Below are positions 7,560-16,723 of a stretch of 36,890 bases of DNA, in pieces. Each line of letters starts with the position of its first letter. Position 1 is the stretch's first letter. A program made the translations under genes and the position numbers. Location: the NCBI GenBank assembly GCA_003165295.1, contig PLTC01000142.1:1-36890 (forward strand). The letters are read 5' to 3'. The DNA comes from Rhodospirillales bacterium. Lineage in GTDB: Bacteria > Pseudomonadota > Alphaproteobacteria > Azospirillales > Azospirillaceae. The notes under the pieces were generated by a model. That model did not search any database. It was not told the origin of the DNA and saw only the letters and a program-made list of their open reading frames with translations.

Positions 7560-9170
7560 TCAGGCACCGCCCGCAACCAGCTTGTCGTAAGCCGGAAGCG
7601 TCAGAAATTCAACGAAGGTTTCCGACTCCACCACGTCCCGGAACAATTCGGCGGCGTCATCGAACCGGCCAGGCCGATAGCGTTCGGCCCCGACCCGGTC
7701 CCGCCAGGCATCGAGTTCGGCGCGGATCACCTCGCGGACCAGCGCCCGGGTCACCGGTCGTCCGTCGTCCAGGCAACAGCCATGGCGCAGCCATTGCCAG
7801 ACCTGGGCGCGCGAAATCTCGGCGGTGGCGGCATCTTCCATCAGGTTGAACAGCGGCACGCAGCCGGTGCCGCGCAGCCAGGCTTCGAGATAGCCGATGC
7901 CGACCGCGACGTTGTTGCGCAGACCGGCCTCGGTCCTGGCCCCGGCCGGCGCCTGGAGCAGGTCGGCGGCGGTGACGCGCAGTTTGCCATCGGGTTTACG
8001 GTCGATCTGGTTCGGACCCGGCATCAGGCGATCGAAGACCTCGTGCGCCACCGGCACCAGCCCGGGATGGGCGACCCAGGTGCCGTCATGCCCCAGCGCG
8101 GCCTCGCGTTCCTTATCGGCACGCACCGCGGCCAGCGCGGTCTGGTTGGCGGCCTCGTCGCCCTTGATCGGGATGAAGGCGGCCATGCCGCCGATGGCGT
8201 GGGCGTTGCGCCGGTGACAGGTCGCGATCGCCAGTCGGCAATAAGCCTCAAGGAACGGGGCCGCCATGGTCACGCTGCCACGATCGGGCAGCACCGCCGC
8301 CGGGTCGTTGCGACGCTTTTTGATGAAGCTGAAAATGTAGTCCCACCGGCCGCAATTCAGTCCGGCGGCATGGTCGCGCAATTCGTAGAGAATCTCGTCC
8401 ATTTCGAAGGCGGCGGGCAGGGTTTCGACCAGGACCGTGGCCTTGATGGTGCCGGGAGGCAGGCCGAATGCCTGTTCCAGCACCAGGAACACCTCGCGCC
8501 ACAACCGGGCTTCGTAGTGTGATTCGATCTTGGGCAGGTAAAAGTAGGCACCCGAACCCCGTTCACGCAACGTCAGCACGTTATGATAGAAGAACAGGGC
8601 GACATCGAACAGGCTGGCCGAAATCGGATGGCCTTCCATCAGGACGTGGCGTTCAGAGAGGTGCCAGCCACGGGGGCGAACCATCAGCACCGCCGGCTGG
8701 TCGACCAGCCGGTAGTGCCGGCCGGTGGCCGGGTCGGTGTAGCCGATGGTCCGACGCACGGCATCCCGAAGGTTGATCTGACCGTCGAGCAGATTGTCCC
8801 AGGTGGGGGTGGTGGCGTCCTCGAAATCTGCCATGAATACCCGGGCACCGGAATTGAGGCCATTGATGACGGTCTTGCGGTCGGTCGGCCCGGTGATTTC
8901 GACCCGCCGGTCGAGCAGGTCGGCGGGTAACGGCCCAATGGTCCAAAGACCCTGGCGCACCGGGGCGGTTTCGGTCAGGAAGTCCGGGATTTGACCGGCA
9001 TCAAGCAGCGTTTGCCGGCGGCCCCGGACCTCGAGCAGACGCCGGCGTTCGTCATCGAACCGTCGCTCGAGTTCCACCACCAGGTCTAACGCCTCGGGAG
9101 TGAGAATCTCTTGGAATCCCGGCTTGAGCGGCGCCAGGATGGTGAGCCCGGAAATGGTTGTGGCCGTCAT
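7560..9170 (-). CDS. aceB: malate synthase A
   Basis: At 536 aa the size fits the A-type enzyme. The opening MTATTISGLTILAPLKPGFQEILTPEALDLVVELERRF and internal GRWDYIFS and ATVLVETL motifs are characteristic of malate synthase A. Confidence 0.9.
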   Translation of the reverse strand: MTATTISGLTILAPLKPGFQEILTPEALDLVVELERRFDDERRRLLEVRGRRQTLLDAGQIPDFLTETAPVRQGLWTIGPLPADLLDRRVEITGPTDRKTVINGLNSGARVFMADFEDATTPTWDNLLDGQINLRDAVRRTIGYTDPATGRHYRLVDQPAVLMVRPRGWHLSERHVLMEGHPISASLFDVALFFYHNVLTLRERGSGAYFYLPKIESHYEARLWREVFLVLEQAFGLPPGTIKATVLVETLPAAFEMDEILYELRDHAAGLNCGRWDYIFSFIKKRRNDPAAVLPDRGSVTMAAPFLEAYCRLAIATCHRRNAHAIGGMAAFIPIKGDEAANQTALAAVRADKEREAALGHDGTWVAHPGLVPVAHEVFDRLMPGPNQIDRKPDGKLRVTAADLLQAPAGARTEAGLRNNVAVGIGYLEAWLRGTGCVPLFNLMEDAATAEISRAQVWQWLRHGCCLDDGRPVTRALVREVIRAELDAWRDRVGAERYRPGRFDDAAELFRDVVESETFVEFLTLPAYDKLVAGGA

Positions 9171-9396
9171 GTCGTCCCCTCAGCGGCGCCCGGCCGCGCG
9201 ACCGAACGCGGTGCTACGCCCACCCGTCCCGCATTTCATACCACAAACGGTCGTCCGCCACCAACGCCGTGTCGACAATCGGGTATGGCCGGACAAACCG
9301 AACAACGGTCCGGGACGACGGGAGAGGAAGACGTCGTCACCGGGTCGGTCGCGACGCTAAGACCGGCCGGACCAGGGTATCGTTTGTCTGCGCGGC

Positions 9397-9999
9397 CTAA
9401 CGCCGTACCATCGGACCGAGGCCCTCGCGGATGCCGCGGTCCAGGCGGTCATCCAGATCATCCATCATCTCCCGGACCAGCGTGTCCCAGGTCGCCTCGC
9501 GGCCGGCCAGTGTGATGTCTTCGGGAACCGTGGTCGAATGGGTTGCGGCGGCCTGGGCATAGCCCGAAAGCCGGTGCGCCGGCGACTGGCCGACGATTTT
9601 GACCTCGATCCGGCCGTCGTAACGCTGGCTCTGGTCGGTGGTGAACAGCCCTTTCAGCCCTTCGGTCCGGGGCAACGCGGTCTCGACGATGCTGGCGTCC
9701 ATGATGATCACCTGGACCGAACCGCTGCCGCCGACCGCGCGCAGCCGTTCGGCAACCCAGCGTCGTACCGCGACCAACGGTGGGGTTGGCGCCAGATGGT
9801 CGACATGGGGCCGGGCCATGGGCGGGCGGTATTGATCGACGACTTCGATGGTTGCGGCGTCGAGGGCGATGACTCCGCGCCCGGCAAAACTCAAGGGCGC
9901 CTCGCGTGCCGGCGGCGGCGGCGTGGCGCACCCGGCGACGGCCATTAACAGCAGCCCTGCTGCCCACCTTCCGGCGCTTGGAAACCGCGGCACCATCAT
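9397..9999 (-). CDS. hypothetical lipoprotein
   Basis: Signal peptide with lipobox LMAVAGC. No recognisable catalytic motif. It is the last gene of the co-oriented ton cluster. Confidence 0.5.
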   Translation of the reverse strand: MMVPRFPSAGRWAAGLLLMAVAGCATPPPPAREAPLSFAGRGVIALDAATIEVVDQYRPPMARPHVDHLAPTPPLVAVRRWVAERLRAVGGSGSVQVIIMDASIVETALPRTEGLKGLFTTDQSQRYDGRIEVKIVGQSPAHRLSGYAQAAATHSTTVPEDITLAGREATWDTLVREMMDDLDDRLDRGIREGLGPMVRR

Positions 10000-10301
10000 C
10001 GCCCTCCGTCCATCAATCCGGCGATCGTGCCGACGGAATCCGCCGCGGTCACGTCACCGTGGCTCCGGTCTATCACTCTGCCCGAATCGCCGCAACCTCG
10101 GGTTCCGGTTCCGTGGCCAGCCGCTGCGCCGTCGCGGTGCGGGCCCGCAGGTCCCACAGGGCCCGGATCATCGTGTCCCGAATTCGCCGTCGCAGCGAGT
10201 CCGCGGGACCGGGGTGACGGCGATTTCCGGAACCACCGCGAATCCCCGCCGCCCCGAGCCTCACGACATCCCTGGAAATGGAAGCAGCCTGGACGCTGCG
10301 A

Positions 10302-11579
10302 TCAGGGCAGCGCGCCAGCCTTGATGATCCACAGCCGGGCCAGATCTGCGGTTCCGTCGGCCAGTCGGATGGTCTTGAACGTCGAGATCGCCTTGGCCTT
10401 GGCCCCGGCCGCGAGGTAGGCGATGCCGAGGTGCAATCGGGCCTCGTCGGGGCGCTTGAGGCCACCCTTGGCCACTCCCTGTTCCATGGCCGCCAGTCCC
10501 TTGTCGGCCTGGCCATAGCCGACGTAATCAAAGCCACTGTTGACCAGTCCGGTGCCGGCTTCGGTTTGCGCCGCGTCGTGAAGGGCGGTGGGCAGGGCCT
10601 TCAGGTCTTCGGTCGCGGTCTTGTCGACCAGATCCCGCAGCCGCTGGTGCCGGGAGGCATCGGGACCGGTACCCAGCACCCCGGCGCTGTATCCGGTGTC
10701 GATGGCCGTCCTGGCTTCCCCGGGCAAGCCCGCCTGAAGCGCCTGTTCGGCCATCTCGAGGTATCGGTCCGCGCCTTCGAGAGCCCCGGTGGCCATCCGG
10801 AGCCGCGCCACCTCGAGATCCAGATGGCTGGAAAAGCCGGCCTTGGTCGACACTTCGTGAATCAGGCGCGCCCAATACTCGGGTTTGGGATAATGAAACA
10901 CCAGCCGTTCCAGCGCCGCGATGTGCCGTGCCGGGTCCTTGAGGTTCTCGATACTGCCGGCGTACAACTGTAATTGGGTCTCCGGGACCTCCTTGCCGCC
11001 ACGCTCTTCGGCCGCGATCTGCTCGGCCAGCGCGCCTGCCGCCGCCGCGAAGTCGTGGCCGAGGTAATAAGCCTGGGCCAGCAGGGTCCGCATCTCGGGA
11101 TCGTTGCCGCCCGCCGCCAGGTAATTCCGGCCCCACTGCACCGCACCGGCGTAGTCTTTGGCCCGATAATAAGCCACCGCGATGGCCTGGATGAAGCGAA
11201 CGCGCTCGCTGGCCGGGAAGCCGCCGAGCGTCGCCGCGGCCTGGTAAGCCTTGGCCGCCAGCGCCGGCGATTCGGCCCCGAGCGCCGCGGTCAGGCGCAT
11301 CCGCTCCGTGACGCTGTTCTCGTAACTGGTGCGGTTCGAAATGTCGTCGATGCCGTGAAGGGTGGCCAGGGCCTTGTCGTACTTGTGGTCCTGAATCAGG
11401 TGCTGGGCCGCCTGAAGCAGCTTGCCGACCTCGGGACGAACCGTTTCGCCTTCGTTTTCGGCGGCCAGGGCCGGGGTGATGCCGGGGAGCAGGGCCAACC
11501 ACGGCACCGACCCGGCCCGGCCCGATAACAGGGCCACCGCCACCGCCACCGCCGGAATCAAGAATAAGGAACGCTTCAT
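10302..11579 (-). CDS. secreted TPR-repeat protein (TtpD-like TonB-system accessory)
   Basis: N-terminal signal peptide. Repeated A/Y/L-rich TPR-like helices (AKAYQAAATLGG...AIAVAYYRAKDYAGAVQWGRNYL...). It lies immediately downstream of tonB-exbB-exbD-exbD. Confidence 0.65.
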   Translation of the reverse strand: MKRSLFLIPAVAVAVALLSGRAGSVPWLALLPGITPALAAENEGETVRPEVGKLLQAAQHLIQDHKYDKALATLHGIDDISNRTSYENSVTERMRLTAALGAESPALAAKAYQAAATLGGFPASERVRFIQAIAVAYYRAKDYAGAVQWGRNYLAAGGNDPEMRTLLAQAYYLGHDFAAAAGALAEQIAAEERGGKEVPETQLQLYAGSIENLKDPARHIAALERLVFHYPKPEYWARLIHEVSTKAGFSSHLDLEVARLRMATGALEGADRYLEMAEQALQAGLPGEARTAIDTGYSAGVLGTGPDASRHQRLRDLVDKTATEDLKALPTALHDAAQTEAGTGLVNSGFDYVGYGQADKGLAAMEQGVAKGGLKRPDEARLHLGIAYLAAGAKAKAISTFKTIRLADGTADLARLWIIKAGALP

Positions 11580-11629
11580 GGATCACCGTCTCCCGTCTTT
11601 TTGCGACTCATTGATCCCGTGCGCCGGCA

Positions 11630-12061
11630 TCAATCGAGCAGTTGCTCGTTGCCGACGATGCCGATCTTGGTGGCGCCAAGATGCTGGGCCGAGGCCAGCA
11701 CCGCCGCCACGTAGCGGTAGGTGGCCAGCTTGTTGGGCCGCAAATGCAGCTCCGGCTGTACCGGCCGGGCCACGACCGACCGCAACTCGGTCTCGAGGGC
11801 GCGACGGTCGGGAATGACCCGACCGTTCCACAGGACGGTTCCGTCGAAGTCCACGTCGATCGTCACCACTTCCGGGGGAACCACGCTCACCGGAGGCACG
11901 CCCGAAGGCATGTCGAGCTTGACCGCGTGGGTCTGAACCGGGATGGTGATGATCAACATGATCAGCAACACCAGCATCACGTCGATCAGGGGCGTGGTGT
12001 TGATATCGACCATCACATCCCCGTCTCCGGCGTCCCCGCCGGATCCAACCATCATTGCCAT
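11630..12061 (-). CDS. exbD: ExbD/TolR biopolymer transport protein (second copy)
   Basis: 143 aa with a single TM helix after INTTPLIDVMLVLLIMLIITIP, which is the ExbD family signature. Confidence 0.85.
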   Translation of the reverse strand: MAMMVGSGGDAGDGDVMVDINTTPLIDVMLVLLIMLIITIPVQTHAVKLDMPSGVPPVSVVPPEVVTIDVDFDGTVLWNGRVIPDRRALETELRSVVARPVQPELHLRPNKLATYRYVAAVLASAQHLGATKIGIVGNEQLLD

Positions 12062-12139
12062 GATACCGACCTCGATTTTCGTTATCCGGCGGCACCGGCA
12101 GGCGTCGCCGCCCGGTCGCGATCCGCTCGGGTGTTCTTG

Positions 12140-12166
12140 TGACAGGATGCTCGGCTCTGACTGTCA
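12140..12166. promoter_or_regulatory. inverted repeat TGACAG-N15-CTGTCA (with nested TGAC-t-GTCA) in the exbD-exbD intergenic gap
   Basis: Seen directly in the 238-bp gap between the two exbD genes. The same half-site pair recurs at 13901-13917. Confidence 0.3.
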
Positions 12167-12299
12167 TCGGCAGGTCCGGCAGACGACCGGTCGCAACACC
12201 ACACCGGCCCCCGATCCCGCCGCCGCACGGCGGCCACTCCCGGCCGGGGGGGCGGTAAGGGATCGAGGGTGCAGTGTGGTATGGACGCCGCCCGTCCGC

Positions 12300-12731
12300 T
12301 TACTCCTCCTGATGCGGCGGCTCGGTAATGAAACCGATACGGGAGATGCCGGCCCGCTGGCAGACCACCACCACCTTGCCGACGAATTCGTAACGGGCAT
12401 CCCGGTCGCCGCGAATATGGACTTCGGGCTGCGGCACCGTCACCGAAGCGGCCTTCATCTTCTCAAGCAGCGCCGCGTAATCTTTCACCGGCTCCTGATT
12501 CCAGAAGATATCGCCTTCCTTGGTCACCGAGATGTTGATGTTCTTGGGCGTGGTCTCGGTCGGCTGATTGATTTCCTTGGGCAGATTGACCGGAACGGTA
12601 TGGGTGACGACCGGGATCGTGACCAGAAAGATGATCAGCAGGACCAGCATGACGTCGACCAGGGGGGTGGTGTTGATGGTCGACGTCATCTCGTCGTCGC
12701 CACCACCCGCGGGTCCCAGCGAGATCGCCAT
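12300..12731 (-). CDS. exbD: ExbD/TolR biopolymer transport protein (first copy)
   Basis: 143 aa. INTTPLVDVMLVLLIIFLVTIP is the ExbD signature. The gene lies 3 nt after the exbB stop. Confidence 0.85.
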   Translation of the reverse strand: MAISLGPAGGGDDEMTSTINTTPLVDVMLVLLIIFLVTIPVVTHTVPVNLPKEINQPTETTPKNINISVTKEGDIFWNQEPVKDYAALLEKMKAASVTVPQPEVHIRGDRDARYEFVGKVVVVCQRAGISRIGFITEPPHQEE

Positions 12732-12734
12732 GGC

Positions 12735-13880
12735 TCAGGCCGCCTTGGCGATGTCGCCGCGAGCGGCAGGACGGACCAACGAGGTGACGTTGATGCCGCT
12801 CAGCAGAACCCCATGCAATTCGACGCCAAAGCTGCGGACCCGCTCGATGATCAGCTTGTTGCGGCGAACCAGCGCGTTGTAACCAAGCACGGCCGGCACC
12901 GCCACCGCAAGACCGATGGCGGTCATGATCAGGGCCTCGCCGACCGGACCCGCCACCTTGTCGATGGACGCCTGACCGGCGATGCCGATGGCCACCAGTG
13001 CGTGGTAGATGCCCCACACGGTTCCGAACAGGCCGACGAAGGGTGCCGTCGAACCGACGGTGGCCAGGGTCGCCAGACCCGATTGCAACTGACCGACCAC
13101 CCGTTCCACCGCATGCTGGATCGAAACCGTCACCCAGGTATGCATGTCGATGTTCTCGACCAGCGTGCCTTCGTGATGGTCCCGGGCCCGAAGGCCGACT
13201 TCGGCGACGTACCGGAAGGGGTTGTTCTCGGCCAGGGTCTCGATCCCGGCCTTCACCGATCCTTCGGCCCAGAACTTCCGCCCGGCCTGTCGGGCCTGGC
13301 TCATCAGCCGGGATTGCCCGAAGATCTTGGTCAGCAGGATGCTCCAGGTGGCCATGGACATCAGGGCCAGGATCACCAGAGTTCCACGGGCCACCCAGTC
13401 ACCTTGCGCCCACAGGGCGTCGAGGCCATAAGGGTTGCTCACCATCTGCGTGCTGGTTTCGACACCCGGAACCGCCGGTTCGGGCGCGGGCGCGGCGGTC
13501 GCGGGGGCCAGGGCATCGGCTGTGGTGGAGGTTCCCGGTGTCGCATCGGCGGCCGGGAGCGTGGCGGGGGCCGCCGTCACCGGTTGCGCGGCGGTGGCGG
13601 GAACCGGGGCTGCGGGCTGGACCGGCGTGGCGGGCACCGCGGCGACCGGAGTCTGGGCCGGGGCAGGGGCCGGGAGCGTCGCAGGGGTCCGGGCGCCGGG
13701 GGCCGGGGCCGGAGACTCTGATCCCGGCGGTGCGGCCAATACGGACGACGACAACAGGCCGGTGGTTCCGGCAACGGCAATGGTAAGCAACAAGACCGCG
13801 GTGGCGGCGGTCAGACAGTTCGACCGGATCATGATAACTCCTTGGCCTCTCAAGAAACGAGACTGCTGGGATGCTGGCAA
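12735..13880 (-). CDS. exbB: MotA/TolQ/ExbB proton-channel protein with a long N-terminal Pro/Ala-rich periplasmic extension
   Basis: Signal peptide. About 130 aa of low-complexity PA-rich sequence. The canonical ExbB core follows (WSILLTKIFGQSRLMSQARQAGRKFW...TVGSTAPFVGLFGTVWGI). An alternative start lies at 13832 (MIRSN...). Confidence 0.85.
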   Translation of the reverse strand: MPASQQSRFLRGQGVIMIRSNCLTAATAVLLLTIAVAGTTGLLSSSVLAAPPGSESPAPAPGARTPATLPAPAPAQTPVAAVPATPVQPAAPVPATAAQPVTAAPATLPAADATPGTSTTADALAPATAAPAPEPAVPGVETSTQMVSNPYGLDALWAQGDWVARGTLVILALMSMATWSILLTKIFGQSRLMSQARQAGRKFWAEGSVKAGIETLAENNPFRYVAEVGLRARDHHEGTLVENIDMHTWVTVSIQHAVERVVGQLQSGLATLATVGSTAPFVGLFGTVWGIYHALVAIGIAGQASIDKVAGPVGEALIMTAIGLAVAVPAVLGYNALVRRNKLIIERVRSFGVELHGVLLSGINVTSLVRPAARGDIAKAA

Positions 13881-13900
13881 TACGCCGGTATTCAGGATTC

Positions 13901-13917
13901 TGACAGGTCTTCTGTCA
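13901..13917. promoter_or_regulatory. palindrome TGACAG-gtctt-CTGTCA in the tonB-exbB intergenic gap; candidate operator
   Basis: Perfect 6-bp arms with a 5-nt spacer, centred in the 100-bp gap between the tonB stop and exbB start. Confidence 0.35.
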
Positions 13918-13981
13918 TATCTTGCCGAGCCCGAATACCGGCCGGTTCACGGTACCTGGCGAAGGTCTGGACTATCTAAGG

Positions 13982-14629
13982 CTAGTCGATTTTCCATTCG
14001 TATCTCATGCGCGCCCACGACTGTTCGGGCTTGCCGTCAACGGTTCCGGGTTTGAAGCGGCACAGCGACAGGGCCTGCCGGGCGGCCTCGTCCAGCCGCT
14101 GATGTCCACTCGAGCCTTCGACCTTCGACCCGATCACCCGGCCGTCCACATCGATCAGGAATTGCAGCGTGACGATACCGGTTTCCTCGTTGCGCCTGGC
14201 CATCGGCGGATATTCCGGCGGCCGGCAGGAGTGAGCGGCGTCGACCACCGGCGGTACATGCACCGGCGCCGCGACCGGGGCCGGGGCCGGCGCGACCTCG
14301 CGAACCACCGGTGGCGGCGCCACCGGCTTTACGGTCGTAACCACGGTTATGGCGGTCGGCGGCGGCGGCTGCTGGATGTGAACCTCGGGGGGTGGAATGT
14401 AGGGCGGCGGCGGCGCCGCCAGCAGCGGCGGCGGGGGTGGGGGCGGCACCTCGGGGGGCGGCGGTTTGACCTCGTCGATGATCTTGGTTTCGATGGGCGA
14501 CTGGATCACCTCGACCGCCTGCCGGGCCAACCCCGACGCCAGAAGGTAAATGACCCCGACATGCATCAGGACGACGATCGAGAAACCGATCCCCCGTCTC
14601 GACAAACCTTCCGACTGCTCGTAAGTCAT
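13982..14629 (-). CDS. tonB: TonB energy transducer
   Basis: N-terminal TM anchor. Proline-rich spacer (PPPPEVPPPPPPPLLAAPPPPYIPPPE). C-terminal TonB domain (GIVTLQFLIDVDGRV...). Confidence 0.85.
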   Translation of the reverse strand: MTYEQSEGLSRRGIGFSIVVLMHVGVIYLLASGLARQAVEVIQSPIETKIIDEVKPPPPEVPPPPPPPLLAAPPPPYIPPPEVHIQQPPPPTAITVVTTVKPVAPPPVVREVAPAPAPVAAPVHVPPVVDAAHSCRPPEYPPMARRNEETGIVTLQFLIDVDGRVIGSKVEGSSGHQRLDEAARQALSLCRFKPGTVDGKPEQSWARMRYEWKID

Positions 14630-14672
14630 CTGCGATCATTCCATTACTGAGAGAGACAGAGCGGACGCGCGG

Positions 14673-16625
14673 TCAGAACCGGAACATCTCCATGAGATCG
14701 CCGATCGCCGGACCGTTGGTGGGCACGTAGGGGGTGGCCGGCGCGGCTTCCGGGTTCGGCAGATTGTCGCGGCTGCGCGCGGTCAGCGGCGGCAGCCGCC
14801 AGTTCCGCTCGATGAATTTGAGGATCGAGACATGGTCGTAATAGGTATGGATGACCCGGCCGCCGCCGGCGTAGGGGGAAACCACGATCAGCGGCACCCG
14901 CGGTCCGTCGCCGAAGAAGTCCAGCGGCTGAATATACCCGGAGTCGTAGTAGCCGCCGCCCTCGTCGAAGGTAATCATGATGGCGGTGCTCTGCCATAAT
15001 TCGGGGTGTTGCTGCACCGCCTCGATCAGCTTGCGGGTGAACCCTTCAAACAGATCAAGCTTGGACGAGGCCGGATGGCCGTCGTTGAGGGCGTTGGGTT
15101 TCACCAGCGAAACCGCCGGCAAGGTGTCGTGGGCCAGATCGTTGTAGAAATCCGGCAGGTCCTTGATCACGCTCTGACGCGCCGCCGGGTCGGCCATGAC
15201 CTGGGTGGTGAACTGAGACGGGTTGCAGTTGTTGCAAAACAGCGGATTGGTGGGGTCGTTGACATACAGATTCCAGCTTTCGCCGTACCAGCGCCAGGAG
15301 ACCTGGTGTTCGGAAAGCGCGTCGCCGATGGTCCGCAACCGCGACGGCGGCAGCACGAAGGGGCTCGATTTGTCCAGAGAACCGTCGCCGAGGTAGGCGG
15401 GATTGTAGTTGTTCAGCAGATAATAGTGGCCGGGCTCGCATTTCGGGTCGGGATGACCGGGCAGGGCCGCCAGATAGTCGAGAATGGCCGCCACTCCGGG
15501 CTGGCTGCGGTCCGAACAGTTGGCGTATGAGCCGCCGGCATAGCCATCCTGGGCATAGAAATTGTTGGTGCCGGGCTGCGGGTTGGGATTTTCGATCTGG
15601 TTGGCGGGCGGCACCGCAGGGTTGCCGGCGGCATCGCTGTACCAGATGGCATCGCCGGTGCCCAGCGCCACATGGTTGGCGCCGGTCCCGCCCATGATCG
15701 CCTGGTGATAATTATCGGCCAGGGCGTAGCGGTCGGCCAGGGTCTTCAGATACGGCAGATCCCCGTGGGCAATATTGTAAATACCCATGGCGTTGGAGCC
15801 CTCGCCGGTGCTGGCTTCGTTGAAGCCGGCGGGCTGCGGCTCGCCGTTGCTGCCCTTGCCGACCGAGGTTTCGATCCAGGGATAGAGGTCCGAAAGGCAG
15901 CCCGAGGGATTGGCCGACGTGGCATGGTCAACGGCGCAGTCCACCTGCTGCCACATCTGGAAAAAGCGATGGACCGGTCCGCCGGTATAGGCGTCGTAGG
16001 GCAGTGTCGGGGTCAGCGGATAGGGGCCGTCGGGCATCGGCTGCCCGGTGCGGTAGCGACTGTCCACGGAATTCTTGGGCAGGCCGGTGGCCCCGGTGAG
16101 CAGCAGGCCGACGCTGTCAGAAGGCAGTCCGGTTCCGAGCATGGCCGCGAGCATGGCCGACTTCAGCGGCGGGCCGGCGGTATCGCTGCCTTCGGGTTCC
16201 GCCTCTTCGGTCATGGGCGGCGGCAGGTGGTCGTAGGGGGTCTTGGGCGCCGGCGCCAGGGTGTAGGTCTGCCGGTTTTCCGCGCGGTATTGCCGGGCCT
16301 GGGCGTAGTTGGGACCCGGGCCGCCGTCTTCCTGAACGATGCCCCGGGACAGCAGGTTGTCCACGGTCTGCCCCGACTGAGGCTGATAGGTGGCAAAAAG
16401 GTGGTCGAAGGTTCGGTTCTCACCGATGATGACGATGAGGTGGGTGATGGGTGTCGTCGTCGTTGGCGTCGTCAGCGTCGGTGTTGTCGGCGTCACCGGG
16501 GACACCGTGGACCCAGCGGGCGTTTCGGCCCCGGCCAGGGACGGTGTGGCGATCAACAGTCCCGGAATCAGGGCGTAAAGCGCCGTCCGGGCGAACCGGC
16601 GGCTCGCGGCAAAGGGAAAACTCAT
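14673..16625 (-). CDS. Tat-exported phosphoesterase-family protein (phospholipase C / acid phosphatase, PlcN/AcpA-like)
   Basis: Twin-arginine motif SRRFAR in the signal peptide. Phosphoesterase-family signature IIGENRTFDHLF near the N-terminus. The ~650-aa size matches PlcN/PlcH. A strong SD (AGGAG) lies 8 nt upstream of the ATG at 16625. Confidence 0.75.
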   Translation of the reverse strand: MSFPFAASRRFARTALYALIPGLLIATPSLAGAETPAGSTVSPVTPTTPTLTTPTTTTPITHLIVIIGENRTFDHLFATYQPQSGQTVDNLLSRGIVQEDGGPGPNYAQARQYRAENRQTYTLAPAPKTPYDHLPPPMTEEAEPEGSDTAGPPLKSAMLAAMLGTGLPSDSVGLLLTGATGLPKNSVDSRYRTGQPMPDGPYPLTPTLPYDAYTGGPVHRFFQMWQQVDCAVDHATSANPSGCLSDLYPWIETSVGKGSNGEPQPAGFNEASTGEGSNAMGIYNIAHGDLPYLKTLADRYALADNYHQAIMGGTGANHVALGTGDAIWYSDAAGNPAVPPANQIENPNPQPGTNNFYAQDGYAGGSYANCSDRSQPGVAAILDYLAALPGHPDPKCEPGHYYLLNNYNPAYLGDGSLDKSSPFVLPPSRLRTIGDALSEHQVSWRWYGESWNLYVNDPTNPLFCNNCNPSQFTTQVMADPAARQSVIKDLPDFYNDLAHDTLPAVSLVKPNALNDGHPASSKLDLFEGFTRKLIEAVQQHPELWQSTAIMITFDEGGGYYDSGYIQPLDFFGDGPRVPLIVVSPYAGGGRVIHTYYDHVSILKFIERNWRLPPLTARSRDNLPNPEAAPATPYVPTNGPAIGDLMEMFRF

Positions 16626-16674
16626 GAGATCGTCTCCTGTCAGGCCCACAAGAAACAGCGCCGGCATCCCGTCA

Positions 16675-16702
16675 CCCGCCTTCACCCGGGAGTGAAGGCG
16701 GG
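16675..16702 (-). terminator. GC-rich hairpin (11-bp perfect stem CCCGCCTTCAC-ccggga-GTGAAGGCGGG) just after the receptor stop codon; attenuator or weak terminator
   Basis: Seen directly. It lies 22 nt downstream of the TonB-dependent receptor stop on the minus strand. There is no strong U-tract. Confidence 0.35.
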
Positions 16703-16723
16703 CTCGGGGAGGACCGGATTTGC

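Noticed and set aside
13900-13918. Pho box (CTGTCAT direct repeats) at the tonB-exbB junction
   Set aside because: The two 7-mers are 12 bp apart, not the canonical 11 bp. The first half has two mismatches. Their orientation does not point toward exbB. The sequence is better described as a TGACAG/CTGTCA palindrome.
13435-14629. Possible DNA-level tandem repeats / CRISPR-like periodicity in the Pro/Ala-rich stretches of exbB, tonB and the kinase
   Set aside because: These are codon-level low-complexity linker regions inside clear ORFs (PPPPP, PAPA runs), not spacer-repeat arrays. There are no identical repeat units with unique spacers.
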